Source of the DNA: Candidatus Uhrbacteria bacterium RIFCSPLOWO2_01_FULL_47_17
GTDB taxonomy: Bacteria; Patescibacteriota; Patescibacteriia; UBA9934; GWF2-40-263
Assembly: GCA_001791305.1 (NCBI GenBank)
Contig: MGEI01000005.1
Location: 340,208 to 404,207 of the forward strand
Length of the DNA: 64,000 nt
Direction: 5' to 3'
Shown: positions 1-8,982 of the stretch, one piece after another
Layout: each line of letters begins with the position of its first letter
Position numbering within the stretch: the first letter of the stretch is position 1
Notes under the pieces: generated by a model
Told to the model about the DNA's origin: nothing
Database searches by the model: none
Seen by the model: the letters and a program-made list of their open reading frames with translations, nothing else
Program-made: the position numbers and the translations under genes

Positions 1-173
1 CGTTCTTCAAACAGTGTTTGCGCGAGAAGTCGCCGAACGGAGGGAAGTGGATTCCCTGTGTCTTCCAACGCTTCTTTTGTGGCGATGAGATCATTCACGT
101 TCAAGTGAAAGACAAAGGTATGGGCTGTGCCAGCACAGACATTCTGTGTAAATTCATCCATCCAGGCGTGCAT
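1..173 (-). CDS. Hypothetical protein, 5' part only (gene runs off the window start). Minus-strand ATG at about 173 is preceded by GGAGGAA.
   Basis: The reverse complement of 160-185 reads cacGGAGGAAtcATG, and an open frame continues to position 1. It conflicts with the weaker + ORF 18..227, which has no RBS. Confidence 0.3.
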   Translation of the reverse strand, partial: MHAWMDEFTQNVCAGTAHTFVFHLNVNDLIATKEALEDTGNPLPSVRRLLAQTLFEE

Positions 174-412
174 GATTCCTCCGTGTTGAGTTGTGAAAAG
201 GTGCGTTTTTTGTTGGGAAAATACTGATTTCCGAACCGGAAAACTTACGTGTTTTCCGTAGTTTTGTCAAGTCTTTTCGCTGTTCGATCACTTTTTGACA
301 TCCAAGAGATTTGTTCGTATCATTGAGGTATTCGTTTTCCGCTTCTGGCATGCATCCATGCTTGCATAGGTCGACAGCTAAAGCAGAGACGAACATTCAA
401 GAACTGTAACAA

Positions 413-784
413 ATGAAAGAACTTGCTATGGCAGAAAAAGAATTCGACCAGACGTTTGTTGAATACGTTATTCGCGCGATTGTAAACAATCCAGATGACG
501 TGAAAACGGAACGTATTGTAGACGAACGTGGAGTACTCATTACGCTTCATATCAATCAAGCAGACATGGGATACGTCATCGGTCGCCAAGGTCAAACCGC
601 TCGCGCTGTACGAACCCTTCTTAAAATCGTCGGAGCAAAGGCAAACGCTCGCGTGAACCTGAAAATCTACGAACCAGAAGGATCTCGCCAACAACACATG
701 TCATCCCGCCAAGAGGCGATGGGTGGAAGCGTTGGAACAGACACACATGAGGACACATCAAGCGTGGACGACCTCGGAATCTAG
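413..784 (+). CDS. KH-domain RNA-binding protein (UPF0109/KhpA-like). It sits in the typical position upstream of trmD.
   Basis: A 123-aa ORF with a KH-like core (VIGRQGQTARAVRTLLK) and conserved synteny with rimM/trmD operons. Confidence 0.65.
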   Translation: MKELAMAEKEFDQTFVEYVIRAIVNNPDDVKTERIVDERGVLITLHINQADMGYVIGRQGQTARAVRTLLKIVGAKANARVNLKIYEPEGSRQQHMSSRQEAMGGSVGTDTHEDTSSVDDLGI

Positions 785-789
785 AATAA

Positions 790-826
790 AAATCAAAAAT
801 CAGCTACGATAATCGCAGCTGATTTT
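790..826 (+). terminator. Rho-independent terminator hairpin between the KH gene and trmD
   Basis: aaaaatcagctacgataatcgcagctgatttttatt is an imperfect inverted repeat followed by a T-run. Confidence 0.4.
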
Positions 827-830
827 TATT

Positions 831-1493
831 ATGAAAAAATTGCAATTCGACATTCTCACGATTTTTCCGGATATGATCGATTCTTACGCGAAAGAATCGA
901 TTCTTGGTCGTGCGCAAAAAGCGAAGTTGATCGATGTGCGTGCGCATGATCTTCGCGCATTCACAACCGACAAACATCACAAAGTTGATGACACACCGTA
1001 CGGCGGGGGGCCGGGAATGATCATGAAGGTCGAGCCGTTCGATCTCGCGCTCAAGAAAATAAAAAAAGGAAAAAAGGCGCGTGTGATTTTTACAGCCGCA
1101 AACGGAAAAACATTTTCGCAAGCGGATGCGCGACGACTCGCAAAATATGATCAAGTGATTTTTCTCTGTGGACGCTATGAGGGAATCGATCAACGTGTCG
1201 AGGATAATCTTGTCGACGAAACATTCTCGATTGGAAATTATGTTCTCACCGGTGGGGAACTGCCCGCGCTCGTAATGACAGACGCGATCGCAAGAAACAT
1301 TCCGGGTGTGCTCGGCGCAGAAGCATCGCTCGACAAAGAGTCACACACGGAAGAGGGCTATCTCGAGTACCCACAATATACAAAGCCGGAGAAATATAAA
1401 AAGTGGAGCGTGCCGGAAATTTTATTGTCGGGGGATCATAAGAAGATCGAAACATGGCGCGAGGAACAAAGCAAAAAAAAGAAGCGAGAGTGA
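831..1493 (+). CDS. trmD: tRNA (guanine37-N1)-methyltransferase TrmD
   Basis: N-terminus MKKLQFDILTIFPDM, a YGGGPGM-like motif and the SPOUT knot region (LCGRYEGIDQR); 220 aa. Confidence 0.9.
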   Translation: MKKLQFDILTIFPDMIDSYAKESILGRAQKAKLIDVRAHDLRAFTTDKHHKVDDTPYGGGPGMIMKVEPFDLALKKIKKGKKARVIFTAANGKTFSQADARRLAKYDQVIFLCGRYEGIDQRVEDNLVDETFSIGNYVLTGGELPALVMTDAIARNIPGVLGAEASLDKESHTEEGYLEYPQYTKPEKYKKWSVPEILLSGDHKKIETWREEQSKKKKRE

Positions 1494-1506
1494 TCTCGCT
1501 TTTACG

Positions 1507-1902
1507 TTACGGAGAATTTTCCGGATGATCCGGGTCGTAGGTACTCGGCGGTTGGCGCAGTTCGTGCGCGCGCGCGTCGTGGAGCATTTCTGCGGTGACC
1601 TTGCTTGAAGGCACTTCTGGTTTTGTGTCCGGTGTTTGGGTGGAAACGAGTTCCAGTTGTTTCACCTGACGAACCGTTTTCGCTTTCGCCTGACTGCGTC
1701 GCGTCATCTCATTCATGATGGCTCGGTACATGCGCGAGCGTTCCGCGTCTTTGTAGCCGTGATTGTCGAGCGCACGAAAAACCGCAAGGGGGAGTCTGTC
1801 GAATTTTGGTTTGAGAAGCAAAGCTTCATCCGTCAATTTTTTGAGGGTTTGCATTTCTGCCTCACGTCGTGCTCCTTCAGGGTTTCCGCGTTCGAGTACC
1901 AT
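1507..1902 (-). CDS. Hypothetical protein (131 aa), last gene of the minus-strand ABC/AAA operon
   Basis: An ORF with no recognisable motif, co-directional with and downstream of the AAA+ ATPase. Confidence 0.35.
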   Translation of the reverse strand: MVLERGNPEGARREAEMQTLKKLTDEALLLKPKFDRLPLAVFRALDNHGYKDAERSRMYRAIMNEMTRRSQAKAKTVRQVKQLELVSTQTPDTKPEVPSSKVTAEMLHDARAHELRQPPSTYDPDHPENSP

Positions 1903-2005
1903 ACGTAGGGAAGGATAGCATGGGAAAGGCTTGAGAGGCTAGAGAGGCTTGAGTGGCCGAAAAGAAAGATAAAAAAATCGAGAACGGGTGTTCTCGATGA
2001 GGGGG

Positions 2006-3856
2006 CTAGTAGCCTGTGACTCCTTGAGCTGTGAGATCGCGGAGTTCTTGTGCCCATTTCTTGCGATCGCTATCTGCGTTTTCCGGATCCGGAAGCAGCG
2101 AGCGACGCGTGGTGTTCATGTAGGCCTGAAGGGTCTGAAAGCGACGCGTGGTTGCAATGTCTGCAGGGAGCTGATCATGAATCACCGCGAGTGCATCCTG
2201 AAGCGTTGCATCTTTCTTGCGAATGATGAGCGCTTCGAGTTCTGAGCCAAGCAATTGGAATGCTCCAGCCGAATAGCCTTTCAAAGCATCTTGCACCTGT
2301 TTCCATTCTTCCCCTTCCCGATTTGGGATGAGGTGTTTGATGGGGCGAAGCGTGAGCTCGATGAAATCATCGTAATCTTCTGCGATCGGATCATCCATCG
2401 GAATCACAATACTGAGACGCCCGGGCCTGCGCATGTCGGGCGAGAGCATGTGAAAGCGTGCGGTCATGAGGAGCCACACCACTTTTCCGCGCAAGCGCGG
2501 ATCCGCCATCCATCCCTGAATCGTGCCTGTCAGACGGCGTTCGGATTCGTGGGCGTTTGGTCCGACGCCACCGAAAACCGTATCCGCTTCATCAACGAGA
2601 ACCATCACTTTCGCAAGCGACTTCAGGACGCGATACAACTTTTCGATGATCACGTCTGTTTGTCCGAACCATTGCGAGCGGATATTTTTGAGGACAAGAA
2701 CCGGCATGCCGACTTGTGCCGCAAGCCCTTCAAAGACGAAAGACTTTCCGCCACCGATAGGTCCTGCAACACCCATGCCCGTTACCGCATCTTTGCCAGT
2801 TGATTGGATGCGACAGATGAGCTCATCCACAAACAATGCTTTGATCTTTCGACAACCGACCACATCCGCAAGCGAATGCATGGGTTGTTTGAACTCGACA
2901 ACGTCTTCACCAAGCTGGGACTTGATGTAGATTTCCACCCGCTTGATCACATCTTTCAACGTGACGGGGGACTTGTCATGAATCGCGCCTTTCAAGAGCT
3001 GACCGAGTGCCTGCAAGTTGAGGCCGGCCGTGTACGTCGCGAGTGTCTCTTTCGTGCTCCAAAGCGGCAACATACCGCTCACCTTCGCCGCTTCAAACCA
3101 CTCAATGAAATGCATGCGCGCGGTTTCATCCGGCGCCGGAACTTCCACTTTCATGACTTGCGGGAGTGATGTGAGACGACTGTTCATGAGGCCGATCGAT
3201 TCCGTGAGCAATACGACGGCATTGCGACCATGCGTGAAACTCGGATCTGAGAACCAATCCTGACAGATGGACAAACGCAGTCGATCGATTTCGGACAGAC
3301 GCGAGATTTCCGCTTCGGGAAGAAGCATGTCCGCCCATTCGATGATGATGATCAGCCGACTTGGCTTGACCACGTTGTTGTCATCCGTATCTTTGAACGT
3401 GATCGGAATTTGGCAGAAGGACCGCAGCAGCTGAAGTGCATAGGCGGGCCGTTCCAAACTCGTTTTCATCGAAAGATCGAAAGAGGTACCTGGCTCATCG
3501 AGCTTTTTGCGATCTGTATCCGTTGCCGTGAGTTGCATGAGGGAAAGCATACTTGCATCCATCCCCATTTTTGCCGCAGCCCAAGCATCGCGTACACGTT
3601 TTTTGTCTCCCTCGTTTACGAATCGAATTTGACGATTGGGTTCGTACACGATCGGAATGATGTCCGGACGGTCCCCCCACTTTTTCGTGAGATATTCCGT
3701 GAGGCTGATGTACTTACCATTTTTCCCTTCCGTCTTTTCAGGGAGAAAAAACAGGTCATGCACATTGCCGGAGAGTACAACAGAGCTCGATTGCCCTGAG
3801 TTCAAAATGCGATTGATCTGTGAACGGAACGGATGGTCGAATGTCTGATCGATCAT
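2006..3856 (-). CDS. AAA+ family ATPase with a large N-terminal domain (616 aa), translationally coupled to the ABC ATPase gene
   Basis: Walker A GPIGGGKS, Walker B VLVDEAD, and a sensor/arginine-finger region MTARFHMLSPDMRRPGRL. Its start overlaps the stop of the upstream ABC ATPase by 4 nt. Confidence 0.7.
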   Translation of the reverse strand: MIDQTFDHPFRSQINRILNSGQSSSVVLSGNVHDLFFLPEKTEGKNGKYISLTEYLTKKWGDRPDIIPIVYEPNRQIRFVNEGDKKRVRDAWAAAKMGMDASMLSLMQLTATDTDRKKLDEPGTSFDLSMKTSLERPAYALQLLRSFCQIPITFKDTDDNNVVKPSRLIIIIEWADMLLPEAEISRLSEIDRLRLSICQDWFSDPSFTHGRNAVVLLTESIGLMNSRLTSLPQVMKVEVPAPDETARMHFIEWFEAAKVSGMLPLWSTKETLATYTAGLNLQALGQLLKGAIHDKSPVTLKDVIKRVEIYIKSQLGEDVVEFKQPMHSLADVVGCRKIKALFVDELICRIQSTGKDAVTGMGVAGPIGGGKSFVFEGLAAQVGMPVLVLKNIRSQWFGQTDVIIEKLYRVLKSLAKVMVLVDEADTVFGGVGPNAHESERRLTGTIQGWMADPRLRGKVVWLLMTARFHMLSPDMRRPGRLSIVIPMDDPIAEDYDDFIELTLRPIKHLIPNREGEEWKQVQDALKGYSAGAFQLLGSELEALIIRKKDATLQDALAVIHDQLPADIATTRRFQTLQAYMNTTRRSLLPDPENADSDRKKWAQELRDLTAQGVTGY

Positions 3857-4776
3857 TGCGAGACTCCTTGTTGTTGCCAGTATTGGCAGTAGGTTTTGGG
3901 ATCAAGCACACTATCTTTCGTCCCCTCCTTTTCTTCCTTCGAAGGAAACACGACCGCTCGCAATTCATCCGCTTGCAGCATGATGCTGCCTGCGGAATCT
4001 TTGTCTGCATGTGCGAATACGGGACACGCTTTGTCGTACACCGTTGTTGCGCCGGGGAAGGATGTGTGTCCTTGTTCTCTCCAATTCCAGTACTTCGAAA
4101 GTCCGATCACACGATCTCCGATACTCACCGCTTCTTCAAGCGAGTGGGTGATCATGAGAACGGTGACCTTCGAGCGAAGATCACGCAGAATTTGTCGAGC
4201 ATCCCCGCGCGTTTCTTCATCGAGTGCACCAAACGGTTCGTCGAGAAGAAGAATTTGCGGTTCCATGATGAGTGCTCGCGCAATCGCAACGCGCTGCTGC
4301 ATGCCACCCGAAAGTTGGGAGGGATAGCGATGAAGGGCGTCACCGAGGCCGAGCCTCACGAGGAGTGCTTCTGCTTTCTCAAGATGTTCCTGGCGTTTGT
4401 GTGACCAAGAACCACTTACTCTTCCAACGGCACGTCCCGGAATGGTTGTTTCATTCACCATCGGTCCGAAGGCGACGTTTTGAATGGCAGTGAGATGCGT
4501 AAACAAGGAATATTTTTGATACACCATGCCACGATCACGACCATGTCCATCCACTTCGCGTTCCGCTCCAGAAGTGGAGATGAGCACACGTCCCGCTGAG
4601 GGAGGAAGGGAACCGACAATGATGTTGAGGAGGGTGGACTTTCCGCATCCGCTTGAACCAACAATGCCGACGATTTGACCATGCTCGATTTCGATGTCGA
4701 GCGGGGCGAGAACTTTGGTAGGTCCAAAGTGTCGCGACATCGCTTCACATCTGAGAATGATGTCTCGTTTGCTCAT
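3853..4776 (-). CDS. ABC transporter ATP-binding protein (nitrate/sulfonate/bicarbonate family, TauB/SsuB-like)
   Basis: Walker A GSSGCGKST, signature LSGGMQQRVAIARAL, Walker B LLLDEPFGALD. Confidence 0.85.
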   Translation of the reverse strand: MSKRDIILRCEAMSRHFGPTKVLAPLDIEIEHGQIVGIVGSSGCGKSTLLNIIVGSLPPSAGRVLISTSGAEREVDGHGRDRGMVYQKYSLFTHLTAIQNVAFGPMVNETTIPGRAVGRVSGSWSHKRQEHLEKAEALLVRLGLGDALHRYPSQLSGGMQQRVAIARALIMEPQILLLDEPFGALDEETRGDARQILRDLRSKVTVLMITHSLEEAVSIGDRVIGLSKYWNWREQGHTSFPGATTVYDKACPVFAHADKDSAGSIMLQADELRAVVFPSKEEKEGTKDSVLDPKTYCQYWQQQGVSQ

Positions 4777-5705
4777 GAGGCGGTCTCCTTTTTGCGTTCG
4801 TGACGCATGAGAGTTTGGATGTTGTTTTTCATCCGCGCCAAAAATCGATCCACGAAATCCGGCGGCGTCTCGTTTTCATGCCATGGGCATGAGACGCGTT
4901 GGATCTTTCGAAACGCGTATGAAATGAAGAGGCCGATGAGGCCAAGCGCCATCACATACGGAAAGGTCATGAATGCTCGTGGCGAACGATTGAGCTGCAT
5001 GAACCGGTGACCGATGCCATCGGAACCAACGATCCACTCCGTACCCATGAGAAACACGATGGCAGGAGAGATGGATTGGCGAACCGCTTCGATGATCTGC
5101 GGAATGATTTGTGGAAACACTACATACCACGTGACTTCCTGCTCAGACGCGCCGAGCGTTTTTGCCGTGAACACGTGTTCATCGGAAACGGATTTGGAAG
5201 CGAGGTAGACGTTTTTCGTGATCCCGACACAAATGCCAAACGCCATCACCCCCCAAAAGAGGGGATTCGACGTATGGAAAAGCGCGAGGAAGAAAATCAT
5301 CATGCCGTTTGCGGGAATGTGTTCCACAATCTCCATGATCGGCAAACACATTCTGCGCAGAAAATCGTAGAGACCCATATAGATCCCGACTGTGACGCAC
5401 AGCAGACTCGTTCCGCCGACGGCAATCAAGAGACGCGGTCCGGACACAAGAAAATCTTTCCAAAAAATGTAATCCCCTGATTGCGGATCAAGAAAGACGA
5501 GGAGTTTCAATCCCTCATAAAGACGATCGAACTTTGGCACGAGAGGAAATCTCGGCATGGGGGGAATGGTGTCTGTCTCGGCATAGGCGAGCGCTGTGTA
5601 GGCAAGAATCAGAAGCGCGATGCCGAGCACCGAGAAAAACATTCCAAGTTTTGGAGTCAAAGGCTTTCGTTGTGTAAAGATCAGCTTCAGTGTTTTTTGA
5701 AACAC
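4773..5705 (-). CDS. ABC transporter permease (TauC/SsuC-like, binding-protein-dependent inner membrane component)
   Basis: Multi-pass membrane protein with an EAA-like loop, overlapping the ATPase gene. The GTG start is preceded by GGAGGTGATAC. Confidence 0.8.
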   Translation of the reverse strand: MFQKTLKLIFTQRKPLTPKLGMFFSVLGIALLILAYTALAYAETDTIPPMPRFPLVPKFDRLYEGLKLLVFLDPQSGDYIFWKDFLVSGPRLLIAVGGTSLLCVTVGIYMGLYDFLRRMCLPIMEIVEHIPANGMMIFFLALFHTSNPLFWGVMAFGICVGITKNVYLASKSVSDEHVFTAKTLGASEQEVTWYVVFPQIIPQIIEAVRQSISPAIVFLMGTEWIVGSDGIGHRFMQLNRSPRAFMTFPYVMALGLIGLFISYAFRKIQRVSCPWHENETPPDFVDRFLARMKNNIQTLMRHERKKETAS

Positions 5706-5820
5706 GTATCACCTCCATTGCAGATTTTCAGTTCATCAGTCTTTCTGATGCGCTGAAAAAAAGAGCCAAGAGAGCGAGTCTCTTGGCAGAATGTCCGAAT
5801 CGTTCGCTCGCAAGAGGCGA

Positions 5821-7047
5821 TTACGGATTGGCACCCACGGTCGGGTTCGTGACGTAGCTCGCGTCGAAACGCAGGACGGCCGAAGGCGCTTCCGCCTTGG
5901 TGCCGAACGCCGTCACGACAGGACCGGAAATGGTCTTCGTAACCGACTTCGCGAACTCGGTCGTGAGCGGAATGGTCTTCTTGAAGTCCTCGGAGCCAAA
6001 CACGGCTTGCGCCTGGTCGGGCTTGATCGCGAGGGTCAGCGTCAGCGCGAGCTTGATCGTGTCGGCCGGCGTGTCCGAGAAGTTCTTCGACACAGCCGCG
6101 AGGGTCGCGGCCTGCGTCGTCGTGTTCTCCGCGCGGTTCACCATGGTGGTGTACGCTTCGGCGAGAGCCTTCACGGCTTCCTTGCCACCGGCGCGGTCGA
6201 GGGCGGACTGGCCGACCACGAACATGTCGGTGATTTCGTACTTGCCGAGCTTCGACGAGTTGAACAGGTCGTTGACATCCGGACGCGCCGCTGCAACCTT
6301 CAGGGTCTCCGGGCTCCAACCACCGAACGCGCGCATTTCGGGATTCGAATTCGCTGCGAACTGGTTGCTGCCGTCGACCGGATTCAGGTTCTGGAACGGG
6401 TAGTCCTTCACGTCGGTCTTGTTGATCGCGCAGCCACGCCAGTGCAGGTACCGCGTGACCGACATTTCGTCACCGAACACGGGCACACCCTTCAGCTGGG
6501 CCCAGTTCTTGATGTCGGGGTTGGTCTGGATCTTGTCCGCACCTTCCGAGACACTCGTCGCGAACGCGGCAACGGACGAATCCTTCACCGTGTCGAAACG
6601 CGCCTGAGCAACGGACAAGGCATCCGTATTCGTGATCACGACCGAGTCCACGATGCCACCCTGGTATTGCTCCATGGTCTTGCCGTAGTCCGCCTTGACG
6701 AGGACGATGTCCACGCCGTACTTGCGCTCAAGCTCACCGTGCTTGCCTTCGGCGGCATCGATGAGACCGACATCCTTTGCGGTGACGAGCAGCGACCACG
6801 TCGTGTACTCGCTCCACGCGAGGGTGAACTTCGGCAGATTCGCCGGAGCGGCTTCGGGCGCGGGGTTTGCGACCGCGGTCGGCGCGGGATTCGCGGCGGC
6901 GGCGGGCGGGGTCTCGGCCACGGGGGCCTTTTCGGCGACGACGGGTTCGTCCTTCACGGGCGTCTGCGGAGCCTCGCTCTTGCCGCACGCGGTGATCGCG
7001 AGGGCCGAGGCGAGGGCCATGATGTACTGAATGTTGCGCTTCAACAT
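5821..7047 (-). CDS. ABC transporter substrate-binding lipoprotein (NMT1/TauA/SsuA-like periplasmic binding fold)
   Basis: Signal peptide with lipobox (ALAITAC) at M58 of the listed ORF, RBS GGAG, an Ala/Pro-rich linker, then an SBP-like domain. It lies in a high-GC segment. Confidence 0.65.
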   Translation of the reverse strand: MLKRNIQYIMALASALAITACGKSEAPQTPVKDEPVVAEKAPVAETPPAAAANPAPTAVANPAPEAAPANLPKFTLAWSEYTTWSLLVTAKDVGLIDAAEGKHGELERKYGVDIVLVKADYGKTMEQYQGGIVDSVVITNTDALSVAQARFDTVKDSSVAAFATSVSEGADKIQTNPDIKNWAQLKGVPVFGDEMSVTRYLHWRGCAINKTDVKDYPFQNLNPVDGSNQFAANSNPEMRAFGGWSPETLKVAAARPDVNDLFNSSKLGKYEITDMFVVGQSALDRAGGKEAVKALAEAYTTMVNRAENTTTQAATLAAVSKNFSDTPADTIKLALTLTLAIKPDQAQAVFGSEDFKKTIPLTTEFAKSVTKTISGPVVTAFGTKAEAPSAVLRFDASYVTNPTVGANP

Positions 7048-7238
7048 GTTGAGGAACTCCTGTACCTCGATGTGCTCGAGGTGTCTGTGTGTTGAAAGAT
7101 CACGGCCCGATCTTTGTAGGCTCCGTGTGTCGGCTTGTCCGACGCACGGATGGGAACAGTTCTTTCCCACGAATGTCGATTCAATCGGCACTCGTGTAAA
7201 AGGGTGATTGAGAATCAATCACCAGAGGGTTCAAAGAA

Positions 7239-8081
7239 CTAGTTGAGCACACCGGTTTCGGTCGTAGCAACGGGCTTGTCGACCGTTGCCTTGGCTGCGT
7301 CTTCTGCACGCCTGGCACCGAAGAGCATACCTTCGAGCTCGTTGTCTGAGGTGTGACTTTCCGCGAGGGCGATGAGTTCTGCTTCACGCATGTCGGCATT
7401 GGTGCCGGCGATTTCCGCGACAACTTCCGACTTTGCGACGAGCTGATTGACCGCGCCTTCGATGTTGGCTTGGAGTTCGCCTGTCTTGTCGGACTGCAGA
7501 CCAGCGATGATCGACTGAGCGCGAATGGCGCTCTGGGCCGCTGCAGCCTTTGCCGCAAGCGTACCGCGCTTTTCAACCGTCTCCTTCAGATCGCGTTGCA
7601 TCCCTTCCAGGCTGAACATGAGCTTCTTCTTTTCTGCTTCTCCACGCGTGATTTCTGCCTGCAGTTCATTGCAACGCTTTTGCCGACTCTCCAGAATGCC
7701 GCCAGCATCGCTGTAGGCCTTCATCAGGCGAGTGTATTCGATGTCGGCGGTGATTTCCGCTTCGGTCTTGCCGGCGGCGAGTTGCTTTTGACCGTACTGC
7801 ATGTACTCGATTTTCGCACCAGCGCGAAGTTTCGTCGCACGCTCCAGTTTGACATCTGCCTCAGCCTTGCTCGTCTCGCTCGTGGTCAGATTGGCTTTGA
7901 CGGTGGAGATTGCGTTGATCATTTCATCGACGCCCTTTTGCTTCGACTTGATGACTTCATCCATACCGGCCCGAACAACGTTCGGATCCGTGTACATCTT
8001 GTTGGTCGCGTTTTGAATCGCGCCAGCCGCCTGGTAATCTTTGACGCCGAGCCAACGCATGAGAGCTGAAAACCACTTCAT
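7239..8081 (-). CDS. Coiled-coil protein, PspA/IM30-like (uncertain family assignment)
   Basis: N-terminal amphipathic helix MKWFSALMRWLG followed by about 250 aa of coiled-coil with PspA-like periodicity. The start was chosen at M14 because it has RBS GGAGAAAG. Confidence 0.4.
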   Translation of the reverse strand: MKWFSALMRWLGVKDYQAAGAIQNATNKMYTDPNVVRAGMDEVIKSKQKGVDEMINAISTVKANLTTSETSKAEADVKLERATKLRAGAKIEYMQYGQKQLAAGKTEAEITADIEYTRLMKAYSDAGGILESRQKRCNELQAEITRGEAEKKKLMFSLEGMQRDLKETVEKRGTLAAKAAAAQSAIRAQSIIAGLQSDKTGELQANIEGAVNQLVAKSEVVAEIAGTNADMREAELIALAESHTSDNELEGMLFGARRAEDAAKATVDKPVATTETGVLN

Positions 8082-8156
8082 GATGTCTTTCTCCGTGTCC
8101 CGGTTGTTGATTTGGGACATTCTGGGTTTGATCGCGTTTTTTAAGCCCGCAATCGT

Positions 8157-8972
8157 TTAGCTTTGACTCAGTTTGGCATACCTTGCCAACTGAGCCTCTT
8201 CCTCTTTATCACTCGCACCACTCAGAAGCTGTTGGCGGAAATCTTCTGCGCTTTTGGCTGTCGTGAGCAGTGCTTCCATTTCCTTGATGTTATCTCGGAC
8301 ATTCGACTGATCAACGGTTGCACCGATCAATCGTTTGATGCTGAGCTTGTTCACCATCGCAAGATATTTTCCAAGCTCTTCGATGGCGTTTTGAACATCA
8401 TCAAGCTCGCTTTCGGCGGTCTGAAGAAGTTCTGCCTTGCCTTCGCCACGAATACTTTTCGCTGTTTGTCGCAGTTTGAAGGATCGCTCGAGTTTTGCAA
8501 TGCATGCATTAAACGTGCTGTCGACGCGTTCGAGCATTCCAACGGAAAGTGATTCAGGAACGTTTTCCACCCATGTGCGATCAGATCTGAATGCGTCTGC
8601 GATGCTGCGCAGATCGTAAAGCAGATTTTCGTCACGTCTTTCCTCATCAGATGCAAGCAATCGATGGAAGTCATCGAGCTCTTGATTTCGCTTGTCCGCA
8701 ATCGCGTTGCGTTCTGCTTCGAATTTCGCTCGTGCTTTTGCGACTTCCGTTTCGATGAGCTTGTCTCGCCTTACGAGGATCCCGTAAAAAAATCCACCAA
8801 TACTTCCAATCAGGCAGGCCACTCCGCCAAAGACCGGAAGTTTCCAGTCGTCAGCAAGGAGCAATCCATACCCGAAGGGAACGGCGGCTCCGACAAGTGG
8901 ACCAAGAACACTCCAGTGACCGAACACTTGGGCACGGACACTTTTCTGAATGGCTTTTTTGTCGAAAGGCAT
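8157..8972 (-). CDS. Membrane-anchored coiled-coil hypothetical protein
   Basis: Two N-terminal transmembrane helices, then a long charged coiled-coil; 271 aa. Confidence 0.45.
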   Translation of the reverse strand: MPFDKKAIQKSVRAQVFGHWSVLGPLVGAAVPFGYGLLLADDWKLPVFGGVACLIGSIGGFFYGILVRRDKLIETEVAKARAKFEAERNAIADKRNQELDDFHRLLASDEERRDENLLYDLRSIADAFRSDRTWVENVPESLSVGMLERVDSTFNACIAKLERSFKLRQTAKSIRGEGKAELLQTAESELDDVQNAIEELGKYLAMVNKLSIKRLIGATVDQSNVRDNIKEMEALLTTAKSAEDFRQQLLSGASDKEEEAQLARYAKLSQS

Positions 8973-8982
8973 CCGAGCCCCC

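Noticed and set aside
5791-7095. 434-aa plus-strand ORF, Arg/Gly-rich
   Set aside because: It is antisense to the SBP lipoprotein gene 5821-7047, which has a signal peptide, lipobox, RBS and operon context. It is judged spurious.
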